Part shown: positions 37,161 to 45,535 of the stretch, in pieces | Layout: every line of letters starts with the position of its first letter | Position numbering within the stretch: position 1 is the stretch's first letter | From: a virus | Length of the DNA stretch: 64,000 nt | Virus record (IMG/VR): IMGVR_UViG_3300023276_001265 | Direction: 5' to 3' (one strand) | Notes under the pieces: generated by a model | What the model saw: only the letters and a program-made list of their open reading frames with translations | Databases searched by the model: none | Told to the model about the DNA's origin: nothing | Program-made: the position numbers and the translations under genes

Positions 37161-38066
37161 CTATTGCCAGTTAGGCAACTCCTTCTTTATGGCAGAAATA
37201 AGGAACTCATTGATCTGATCTGAATTTGCCTGGCAAGTCTCGACCAACTCGCCAATTAGTTTATTGAGATGCGCCGTCTCGTTGACGACCAAGTGGGTGT
37301 GACCGGCAACGCCAAAGTAGAGATATCCCTGGGTGCACGTATCTGCGCTCTGTTGCAGGACGTCCATCTGGAACGCCTTCAGTGATGTCAGCAGGGCCCT
37401 TTGATCGGCGAAGGCCTTCTTCTTACCCTTGCCCGGCTGGGTCGTGACTTCGTTACCTTCGTCATCCTTTGGGGGACGGCGCTTATCTGGAGAGGCTCCA
37501 GTGTTGGCCTGCTCTGATGGTGTCTTGGAGTTCGAGGATCCGCCGCCGACCTTCGCCTTCTCCACTTCGACCATCGTGTCAATCACTTCTTGGCTGTAAC
37601 GCTTCTTGAGATCCTCCATTCGCTCTTCACGAACGAGCATGCGCCGACGCGCAGCCTCAGATGAGATCCCCCACTTGCCAGTGATCTTCTTCTGAAGCTC
37701 TGCGTAACGCGTCCGGTTGATCTTGCCCCGGATGTTGTTCCGCTTAACGCTCCACTCCATGAGCGCTTCTTCGTCCGCATCAGAGAGGTGCTCTTTGACG
37801 ACGCACGGCATGTGCGTCATCTCAAGCGCCAGGCACACCTTCTTACGGTGCTCACCACCGAGGAGACGGAACTTTCCTTTGTCCTCCCCCTCAGTGATAG
37901 GAACAACCTGTCCAGGCTCATCGAACCCGCCGTCCCTGACTGCTTCAAGTAGGGCCGCAAATTCAGGCTCGTCCATCTCGTTCACGTTCCAGTCGCACAA
38001 GACTAGAGCATCAACGGGAATTAGAACGGCACCCTCCCAGGTTGCGAATGACGCGTTTTTAGACAC
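37161..38066 (-). CDS. ParB/Srx N-terminal domain protein
   Basis: WNVNEMD...F..L...V...GF.EP..V...LLGGEHR...L...MPCVV...N.IRG. Confidence 0.85.
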   Translation of the reverse strand: MSKNASFATWEGAVLIPVDALVLCDWNVNEMDEPEFAALLEAVRDGGFDEPGQVVPITEGEDKGKFRLLGGEHRKKVCLALEMTHMPCVVKEHLSDADEEALMEWSVKRNNIRGKINRTRYAELQKKITGKWGISSEAARRRMLVREERMEDLKKRYSQEVIDTMVEVEKAKVGGGSSNSKTPSEQANTGASPDKRRPPKDDEGNEVTTQPGKGKKKAFADQRALLTSLKAFQMDVLQQSADTCTQGYLYFGVAGHTHLVVNETAHLNKLIGELVETCQANSDQINEFLISAIKKELPNWQ

Positions 38067-38071
38067 AGGAA

Positions 38072-40057
38072 TTATCTCCGTGGCGACCCAGTGTCGCGAC
38101 GGCTTTGCCGCGCTGCAGCGTCTTGGGCGATATTGCGGCTCGGCTTGTCCTTCTTGCCGCTCTCAGCAGCCTTGTGGAGCCCAGTAATCTTGTCCTTGTC
38201 GTCGTGCTCAGGCCCGAACCCGGTCTTGTATTCACTACGACCCTTCTTAGTACCGCCTACGCCGTCATGCGAACCCTTGCACAGACGGTAGAACTCTTTC
38301 GGGTCCCGAGCCTGCAGCGCTTGACCCGCTTGGCCGAGGTTGCCGTCCTTATCCTTCTGGCAGGCAGGGCGCTCATCGTGGAGATCACCAGTTGGGCGAA
38401 CATTGATCTGGTGTCCAGACGAGTCTGCGAATCCGGTGCCCTTTACCTTGTCAATGACGCGCTGACTGGTCTCCTGGTCCTTGTGGTAGGACTTGCCCAG
38501 TGAAGCCATAGCTGATGCGTAACCGCCCTCCTTGGAGACGCGATACCACTTTTGGCGTGGATCCCTATCAGTGTCGCCGACAAAGGCGAACTGATCATCA
38601 CCGGCCGACCCGCGAGATCCGGCCTTGCTCTTGTCGGTGTGAAGCATCGCGTCATCGTCTGAGTTGCCGAACGTCGTCGCGTTGGCAAACTTCTTGTTGT
38701 TCTTCTTCCCGGAAGAGTGGACGTTTTCACCTGTGTCGGGGTCCTTGTGGTGGCCCTTCCACTTCGGGTGCTCGTCCTTGCTGTAGCCCTTCGCATCGTC
38801 ATGCTCGCGATCGCGCGAGGACGGGTTTGTGAACTGTGCCCGACGGAGCTTGGCAGCCTTTGCCCGTGTTGATCGTTCTGCGTAGTTAGGGTCCGAAGGA
38901 TCTGTAACCCCTTGGGCCATTCCGTGCTTGTCCGGTCCTACTTTCTTGCCGGTATCCGGATCAATACGACGAGCTGAGTCGCGGTTTCCACGGCCACGGC
39001 CACGGCGCTTACGCTCGTCACTCAGCGATTGGAAGTCGGCGTTCGCCGATGCTCGATAGCGGGCGTGCTGCTCAGCGTCGTGAGTATCTTCTGGGTGATG
39101 GGCCAGAGACCTACGACGATTAGGCGCCACGAAGGGAGCGGCCTTGGTTGCCTTTCGACCCTTCTCAACGTGTTGCGTCAGGTCATTGAGCGTGTTCTGA
39201 AGCGCAGCGACCTTGTCGTGGATGCTGTCACCGGCCATGGTCTTTTCTGGCATGGCCCCGCTGCCGACCTTGCCTTCTCCACGGCGCTTGGCCATACGGT
39301 TCAGTCCGGCCTTACGACCTTGTCGATTGCCAGCTGGTGTTTTGTAGACGTCTGCTGGGTCTTCGATCCCCGTTACCTTCTTGGCGCGGGACTTCCGAAC
39401 ACCTTTCAGCTTTCCTTTGATGCGGTCCGCAACTGCATCGTCGTCAGGAATCGGAGAAGGCTCAGGCCGGTCAGGACCAGGAGTAGGACGACCTAGCCAA
39501 GCTGGCCTCTTCGACTTTTTCTTGGAACCTGGATCGTCATCTAGGGCCTGGGCCCCGGCGCCTGGGGCAGCCGGAGGTGGAGTTCCACCACCACCATCAC
39601 CACCACCACCACGGGGCGGCTTGTCCTTCTTGTCCTTCTTCGCCAGGGCCTTCATCTCATCTGGAGACATCCCGATCTTCTTACGGTCATAAGCGATCTT
39701 CGGCTTGAACTTGGACGCTTCCGGCTCCGGCTCACCGGCCGCTGCACGCGCCGCTTTTGCCGCCGCACGCTTTCTGGCCTGCTTAGCCTTGTTCTTCTCG
39801 TTCGCCCGGTTCTTAGCCACCTTACGGGCGGCTTTGCCTTGAGCAAACTCTTCAGGAGATTGCTTCGGGATAGCCGCCTCCGCCAAGAAGCGAAGCGCGA
39901 AGCGCGAGTGTGTCCGACTTAGTCCTGCTGGGACTGGGGACTGGTGAGCACGTTCAACCAAGCGCATTGCGCCTGATCTACCGAGATCAGTATTGATGCT
40001 CTCAAGGATGTTGAGCACGCGAGCCGCGTGAAATTCCATCTTTGCTGTGTTGGCCAT
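38072..40057 (-). CDS. Highly basic disordered protein (661 aa), putative head-interior DNA-binding protein
   Basis: N-terminal ILE/LVE/FLAE segment followed by K/R/G/D-rich low complexity. Confidence 0.6.
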   Translation of the reverse strand: MANTAKMEFHAARVLNILESINTDLGRSGAMRLVERAHQSPVPAGLSRTHSRFALRFLAEAAIPKQSPEEFAQGKAARKVAKNRANEKNKAKQARKRAAAKAARAAAGEPEPEASKFKPKIAYDRKKIGMSPDEMKALAKKDKKDKPPRGGGGDGGGGTPPPAAPGAGAQALDDDPGSKKKSKRPAWLGRPTPGPDRPEPSPIPDDDAVADRIKGKLKGVRKSRAKKVTGIEDPADVYKTPAGNRQGRKAGLNRMAKRRGEGKVGSGAMPEKTMAGDSIHDKVAALQNTLNDLTQHVEKGRKATKAAPFVAPNRRRSLAHHPEDTHDAEQHARYRASANADFQSLSDERKRRGRGRGNRDSARRIDPDTGKKVGPDKHGMAQGVTDPSDPNYAERSTRAKAAKLRRAQFTNPSSRDREHDDAKGYSKDEHPKWKGHHKDPDTGENVHSSGKKNNKKFANATTFGNSDDDAMLHTDKSKAGSRGSAGDDQFAFVGDTDRDPRQKWYRVSKEGGYASAMASLGKSYHKDQETSQRVIDKVKGTGFADSSGHQINVRPTGDLHDERPACQKDKDGNLGQAGQALQARDPKEFYRLCKGSHDGVGGTKKGRSEYKTGFGPEHDDKDKITGLHKAAESGKKDKPSRNIAQDAAARQSRRDTGSPRR

Positions 40058-40170
40058 TGAGCAACTCCGAAAACCGTGTGATGGAGGAACAGACGTTGAG
40101 AGGATAGCATCAGCTGGATAGCTCCAACAAGATCAAGTAGCTTATCTTATGACGATGCGGGCTGTAATGT

Positions 40171-40179
40171 TGCTATAGT
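40171..40179 (+). promoter_or_regulatory. Extended -10 element TGCTATAGT upstream of terS
   Basis: Near-consensus TGnTATAaT 26 nt before the ATG at 40206, in a divergent intergenic region. Confidence 0.5.
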
Positions 40180-40205
40180 GATGGAGTCAAATTCCAGAGA
40201 GAAAC

Positions 40206-40895
40206 ATGGCAAAGAAGAAACAAGGCAAAAGAGCTAAGGCGACTCAGGCATCGATCCATGAGTTTCAGCAAAAGTTCGAAGCCCTCGACAATAAGCGGAA
40301 AAAGCACACAGCTCAGGCTATTGAGCGAAGGCGACATGACGTATGGGAGATGATGTGCCAAGACATCCCTCAGACTGAGATGGCTAACCTTCTATGTGTC
40401 AGTCGGTCTACGGTTGCGCTTGACGTCAAGTACTGGAAATTGAAGCTGGCTAGACGGGTTAGCCGCATCAAGGAGAACCCCGACTACGCGAACATCGAGC
40501 TTGGAACAACGATTCGCAAGCTCGACTCCTGCACGGCAGCCGCATTTCAGGAGTACTCCATGGCCAAGAGCGGTGGAGAGAAGGCTAAGTTCCTGGACAT
40601 TGTCACGAAGACACTGAGCACCAAGACGCGTATCCTCCAGGATGCTGGATATCTGCCAAAAGCGGGCATTGAAATTCGTACTAAGGTCGAGCACGTCGCG
40701 ACATTTGCGGACCGCTTTGGTGAAGATCACGCCACCACAGCACTTGATGATGACACAAAGCGTCATAGACTCCTCGCCATGGCCGAGCGGTTCATTCGGT
40801 TGTCCGAGAGTAAAGAGACGATCGATGTTGAGGGCACGGTGGTCTCGTCCGACCCCGATGCCAGCAAGCGCCTCACCAACGGTGATTCGGCCTAG
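40206..40895 (+). CDS. terS: Probable terminase small subunit (HTH)
   Basis: RR..VWEM......QTEMANLL.VSRSTVALD HTH plus helical hairpin, directly upstream of terL. Confidence 0.7.
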   Translation: MAKKKQGKRAKATQASIHEFQQKFEALDNKRKKHTAQAIERRRHDVWEMMCQDIPQTEMANLLCVSRSTVALDVKYWKLKLARRVSRIKENPDYANIELGTTIRKLDSCTAAAFQEYSMAKSGGEKAKFLDIVTKTLSTKTRILQDAGYLPKAGIEIRTKVEHVATFADRFGEDHATTALDDDTKRHRLLAMAERFIRLSESKETIDVEGTVVSSDPDASKRLTNGDSA

Positions 40896-40898
40896 TCT

Positions 40899-43508
40899 TT
40901 GATCACCTACCAAAACGGACGATTTCGCAGTGTTCGACCGGTTGCAGAGGCAATGGCCCTTCTGCAGACTGAAATTGATGAGCTCACTCCTGATGAGAAA
41001 GGAGCTCTCGATCTCCTAATTAAGGACATCGCTGGGAAGCAGGCAAAAGAGATTGCCGATGCTGCCGAGCGCCTTGAGTGGGATTCTGATACTGGACCGG
41101 CCATCCCAATCCGTCAGTGGGTCAACGACGAATACTACCTCGGCGAGACGGCCCGCACTCTGTGGCCCAGGCTCAAGGAGGACATGATTGAGTATTTTGA
41201 GGGCGACTATGCGGAGTGCATCCTCACTGGGTCGACACGCTGGGGTAAGGATTATTTCAGCACTACAGCCCTAATCCGGATCATCTACGAGCTTTATTGC
41301 CTGAAGCGGCCCACTGACACACTGGGACTTGGTCGTGGTGAGATCATTCACATCGTCCCTATCTCGCATACTAAGGAAGCTGCTCAACGAGTCGTTTTCC
41401 AGGGAATCGTGCGTAAGCTCGCCCTGACCCCATTCTGGAAGGGCCGGTTCGAGGTCACTAAAGAGGAGATTCGCTTCCCAGGTAAGGACATCATCATCAT
41501 TGGTGGTGGATCTAATGAGGGCGCTGCACTTGGTCTTAATGTGTGGGCCGCACTTATCGATGAGGGCAACTTCATGGGTAAGCAGAAGAAGGGTCACGTA
41601 GCCGCCGGTGGCGGTAAGGACGACAAGTCCGAGTCCATCTACGATTCACTGCGACGTCGTATTCGAGGCACCTACTCGGCCACAGGCCTTCGTGGTCGTC
41701 TGATCATGATTTCATCGAAGAAGTCGATATATGACTTCACCGAGCGAAGACTCCGCGAGGCGATGCGGGAAAACGATACGAGCGTTTTTGTCCGAGATTA
41801 CGCCACCTGGGACGTCCGACCAAACGCGTTTATGGGCCAGAAATGGTGGCGTGCAGCCGTTTCTCAGAAGATTGGCCGCGTTCGCGTCCTTGATGATGGG
41901 GAAGAGGTAGAAGACCACGAGATTTGGTTCCGCTTCCCTGATGAGTATCTTCAGGACTTTCTGAACGATCCCGCAGGTGCGGCCCGAGACATTGCTGGTA
42001 TTGCGCTGGAATCGTTCCGTCCGTTCTTCTCGAATCGAGAAGCCATTGACGCAATGATGAAGCCAGAGCGGGCGCACCCATTCCATATCTACGAGTGGGT
42101 CACCAGTAGGGAGATCAAGCCGATCTGGGACAACATGATGATCCGGAACGTGCACGGAGATCCGGTCCCGAGATGTTGCCCAAACGCACACCGACACGTC
42201 CACATGGACCTTTCAAAGAACAAGGACGCTACAGGGTTTTGTGTGGGCCACGTTGCCGGAGAGGTCGAAGTCTCGCGCCTGGACCCAGAGACTCACGAGA
42301 AGAGGAAAGAGGACGCCCCTCTAATCCACATTGACTTGTGCCTCCGTATCCTGGCCCCTCATGCGGGAGAGATTGAACATCAACTTGTCAGATCGTTGAT
42401 CTACATGCTCCGAGAGGGTGGTCTCCCGATCAAGTCGGTATCTGCGGACCGTTGGATGGGGCTTCCAAACCTCCAGCTCATCGCTAAGCACGGATTCAAG
42501 ACACAGGAGATATCGACCCAGAGAACCCTTGATCCTTACCTGTCTGCACAGGGAGCTCTCTATGAGGGGCGGATTGAGAGCCCTGTTTACACCTTCTTGG
42601 CGAAGGAGCTCCGAGAGCTTGAGCTGAATTCCCAGGGAACCAAAGTCGATCACCCGCGCACGGGCTGCTTCGCGGGTGACACGAAGGTTCGCCTCTTGGA
42701 CGGGAGGGCGATCACGTTTGAGCAGCTAGTGGCTGAGTATGGAGAAGGTCAGAGATTCCACACCTATACGATGCGAGAAGGTGCCGTGTCTGTCGGAATC
42801 GGTTACGCACCACGTCTGACGGCTAAGAACGCGCCTGTAGTGGCGGTCACGTTGGACAACGGCGAGACCGTCAGGTGTACGCCTGACCACAGGTTCATGC
42901 TCCGAGATGGGAGTTATCGCGAGGCCGGGGAGCTGCAACCCGGCGACTCGTTGATGCCGCTCTACACCAAGTTGTCCACAAAGTCGGCCCACAAGATGGT
43001 CGGTTACGAGCTCTACTTGTGCCCCGGCGATGGTAAGTGGCACTTCACCCATCGGATGGTCGGAAAGTGGAAGTACCCGGGCTACACAGGCAACCAGCAC
43101 GGTAATGGACTGATTCACCACGACCGGGGGAAGCTAAACAACGCGCCCGACGCGTTCTGCATCGCGCCCGGTAATCACAAGGTCGTGAGCGTTGAGCCTA
43201 GTGGGACCGCCGATGTCTACGACATTTCAGTCGAAGAGACATCGAACTTCGCTCTTGATGCAGGAATCTTTGTCCACAACTCAAAGGATCTGGCCGATGC
43301 GTTTGCGGCCGTCTGCTACTTCCTAGCCACGAACTGGAGATCCATTGGAGGGGGCGGCATTTCAATGGGCGCCTCTGTTATCGAGACTCCAGGCCTGCCA
43401 GGCGAGGCGGTTCCTACGTCAGACGGTAATTTCAGGTGGCCAGACGAGCCGCCCCTACCCACTGAGGGCGGGGAAGATTGGACCGGTCTACCAACGTGGA
43501 TCATCTGA
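40899..43508 (+). CDS. terL: Terminase large subunit, intein-containing
   Basis: Walker A-like GSTRWGKD, Walker B ALIDE, coupling motif ISSK, RNase H-fold HMDLS..KD.TG, SAD, KVDHP..G^SKDLADA. Confidence 0.93.
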   Translation: MITYQNGRFRSVRPVAEAMALLQTEIDELTPDEKGALDLLIKDIAGKQAKEIADAAERLEWDSDTGPAIPIRQWVNDEYYLGETARTLWPRLKEDMIEYFEGDYAECILTGSTRWGKDYFSTTALIRIIYELYCLKRPTDTLGLGRGEIIHIVPISHTKEAAQRVVFQGIVRKLALTPFWKGRFEVTKEEIRFPGKDIIIIGGGSNEGAALGLNVWAALIDEGNFMGKQKKGHVAAGGGKDDKSESIYDSLRRRIRGTYSATGLRGRLIMISSKKSIYDFTERRLREAMRENDTSVFVRDYATWDVRPNAFMGQKWWRAAVSQKIGRVRVLDDGEEVEDHEIWFRFPDEYLQDFLNDPAGAARDIAGIALESFRPFFSNREAIDAMMKPERAHPFHIYEWVTSREIKPIWDNMMIRNVHGDPVPRCCPNAHRHVHMDLSKNKDATGFCVGHVAGEVEVSRLDPETHEKRKEDAPLIHIDLCLRILAPHAGEIEHQLVRSLIYMLREGGLPIKSVSADRWMGLPNLQLIAKHGFKTQEISTQRTLDPYLSAQGALYEGRIESPVYTFLAKELRELELNSQGTKVDHPRTGCFAGDTKVRLLDGRAITFEQLVAEYGEGQRFHTYTMREGAVSVGIGYAPRLTAKNAPVVAVTLDNGETVRCTPDHRFMLRDGSYREAGELQPGDSLMPLYTKLSTKSAHKMVGYELYLCPGDGKWHFTHRMVGKWKYPGYTGNQHGNGLIHHDRGKLNNAPDAFCIAPGNHKVVSVEPSGTADVYDISVEETSNFALDAGIFVHNSKDLADAFAAVCYFLATNWRSIGGGGISMGASVIETPGLPGEAVPTSDGNFRWPDEPPLPTEGGEDWTGLPTWII
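42666..43280 (+). mobile_element. Intein (205 aa) in terL with a truncated HNH endonuclease remnant
   Basis: CFAGDTKV block A, CTPDHRF block B, DVYDISV...NFAL..G.FVHN/S end. Internal THRMV...IHH...KLNNAP. Confidence 0.93.
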
Positions 43509-43554
43509 TCACCAGGTCTGGACCTCACCGGTCGACTATTGGTAAAATACTGGG

Positions 43555-43875
43555 ATGACTTTGCCTAGACGACAACAAGTCAGCGATGCACTGCATTTAA
43601 TCGCAGACAGCATTCAAGAGGCAGATATTCTCTTGCGTGAAGGGATAGTGCACGGCAAGTTTGATGCTCCGAAGCCGAAGCTAAAGGATGGCGTCGAACC
43701 CCATAAACGTGGAATCATGGACCGCATCGAGCGGCGAGTTCGAGAAAAGGTCACCCCACTATCTCGCAATGTCTTGCGAGCGCGACGTGAGCGGAAAGCT
43801 CGCGACCGTTATCAAACGCTCAAGAACGTCAAGACGCCTCGTAAGGTGCTCGGATCGAGAATCCGTAAGCGATGA
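43555..43875 (+). CDS. Basic hypothetical protein, possibly leaderless
   Basis: TGGTAAAAT ends 6 nt before the ATG, LLRE motif then Arg/Lys-rich, ATGA overlap with the next gene. Confidence 0.6.
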   Translation: MTLPRRQQVSDALHLIADSIQEADILLREGIVHGKFDAPKPKLKDGVEPHKRGIMDRIERRVREKVTPLSRNVLRARRERKARDRYQTLKNVKTPRKVLGSRIRKR

Positions 43876-44120
43876 AATGCCCTCGGTGTGAGCATGAGAA
43901 GACGTATGTCTTAAAGTCGACAAGACCGTCCCGCAAAGCGGTTGATGTTTGCAAACAGAGAAGGCGTTCATGCGCCAAGTGCAAACGATCGTTCATGACG
44001 TTTGAAGTTCACGAAGTAGAGTTTGAACGTCTCTGCGCTCTAATTAAGCTAGAAGGCCCGACACGGAGCCCTCTACTAACTAGGACAACGGCGTCAGAGC
44101 CAGAGTCCAAGAAGTCCTAA
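43872..44120 (+). CDS. NrdR-like N-terminal zinc-ribbon protein lacking the ATP-cone
   Basis: MKCPRC....T.V...R.......RRR.C..C...F.TFE matches the NrdR Zn ribbon. Only 82 aa. Confidence 0.8.
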   Translation: MKCPRCEHEKTYVLKSTRPSRKAVDVCKQRRRSCAKCKRSFMTFEVHEVEFERLCALIKLEGPTRSPLLTRTTASEPESKKS

Positions 44121-44150
44121 TCACCACCAGCAAACAGCTGAGGTAAGCAA

Positions 44151-45071
44151 ATGAGCGTTACTGATACCATCGAGACCCGCATCAAGTCCTTTAAGGCCTC
44201 CTCGTTCTTTACGGCAGGAGACCCTTATAGCTTCAGCGTGAAGCTGAGTGATGAGTTTGCGCTTCCCGGAAAGTACAACCCCCGAGACTACCTGGCTCGC
44301 CTCGGGCTTGAACTTGAGGGCAAGAATGTCCTAGTTGTCTGCCCAGGCAATTCTGGCCTCTGCATCGAGGCGATCCACGCAGGAGCATCAACGGTCGTAG
44401 GGTTCGAGCCGCGCACGATCTACTTGCGGCCCATGAACACGATCGCTGAGTTCGTTGACGAGCTTGTCGGGACATCGTTTATCCGCAGGAAGGCAGACGC
44501 CGAACTCGTTGAGAAGTTCGATGTGGTCATTTGGGCCGAAGGTGTCGATGACATCCCCCACCCAAGGCAGATATTCAACAAGGTCTTCGACGCTATTGCC
44601 CCTGGCGGGCAGTTCTGCTTGGAGATTGGTCTCGGGACTCACGGAGAGCTCCCCCTGACCACTAACTGCTGGAAGCCAACCTCCCAGGCCGTTGTGTCCA
44701 CCGTTGAGTCCTACGGTGACTTCTCGGTCATTGGGAAGTCTGCGGGCCGCAATCAAACGCGAAAGATATTCACGATCGCCAACAACGAAAAAATGAAGGT
44801 GGAATCCCTGTCCGGTTCGGGGTTCACCACGGTTGAGAGTGTTGAAGATTTCGCTGCAAAGCTCAAGGAGGAGCTGTCCCCTAGCGATACCGACATCGAC
44901 ATTACGGTGAGCACCCCCAAGAGGGGCGCCCCGGACACTGGACTGGATTCGGTCTACGATGCGGCTGCCGATGACCAGAAAACGGCTTCAACGCCCAAGA
45001 GTCAGGCCAAAAAGGACAAAGCAGCAGCTGAGGCTGCCATCAAGCCAAAGAATGGCAAGCCTAAGGCATAA
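44151..45071 (+). CDS. Class I SAM-dependent methyltransferase-fold protein (CmoB/DUF1698-like), degenerate motifs
   Basis: L.GKNVL....N.G....A...GA..VVG.E, FDVV, P.........PGG...LE, TN.W.P, plus a disordered C-terminal tail. Confidence 0.65.
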   Translation: MSVTDTIETRIKSFKASSFFTAGDPYSFSVKLSDEFALPGKYNPRDYLARLGLELEGKNVLVVCPGNSGLCIEAIHAGASTVVGFEPRTIYLRPMNTIAEFVDELVGTSFIRRKADAELVEKFDVVIWAEGVDDIPHPRQIFNKVFDAIAPGGQFCLEIGLGTHGELPLTTNCWKPTSQAVVSTVESYGDFSVIGKSAGRNQTRKIFTIANNEKMKVESLSGSGFTTVESVEDFAAKLKEELSPSDTDIDITVSTPKRGAPDTGLDSVYDAAADDQKTASTPKSQAKKDKAAAEAAIKPKNGKPKA

Positions 45072-45129
45072 AGGTAACTGGCTACGCGCGACTGATGCTG
45101 TCGTGTAGAATGCCTGGACGAGGTGCGGT

Positions 45130-45492
45130 ATGGGTGCAAAGACAATCAAGGTCAACGGTACTTTCCAGGTCTACAATTCTGCTGGAACTATCGAGGCGCA
45201 GAAGGTCCTCAACGACACACTCCTCGTGTCTGAGGTCACTCAGCACTTTCCAATGGTCATCGCTGGCGGGGCTGTAGATCAGCAAGTAGGCTTCGGAGGG
45301 GTGCAGCTGTGTAAGCGGTTGTTCCTGCGGACCAACTTTCCGGTCATGCTTAAGTTCGATAGTATTGTCGCGCCTGCATTCTCGTTCGGTCCTGGAGATG
45401 GAATCCTGATGTCTGAAAACGGCATCACCGCTCTCTTCGTCACGGCCGGTCCAAATGCAACAGAGCTTGAGGCGATGATCGCCGGTGACTAA
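45130..45492 (+). CDS. Small beta-rich putative structural protein
   Basis: GAGGT SD, upstream TAGAAT, GC3 bias. Confidence 0.7.
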   Translation: MGAKTIKVNGTFQVYNSAGTIEAQKVLNDTLLVSEVTQHFPMVIAGGAVDQQVGFGGVQLCKRLFLRTNFPVMLKFDSIVAPAFSFGPGDGILMSENGITALFVTAGPNATELEAMIAGD

Positions 45493-45535
45493 CACCACTA
45501 GTCGCCCTCAACACAGAAAGTAACGGGAGAATCAG

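Noticed and set aside
36298-37202. Group I intron hosting the LAGLIDADG ORF
   Set aside because: The ORF starts 2 nt after the parB stop and runs into the duplicated end, leaving no room for a ribozyme core, and parB is already complete without splicing.
37161-38066. ParABS plasmid-prophage partition system
   Set aside because: No ParA ATPase or parS-like repeats nearby, and only the ParB/Srx N-terminal domain is recognisable.
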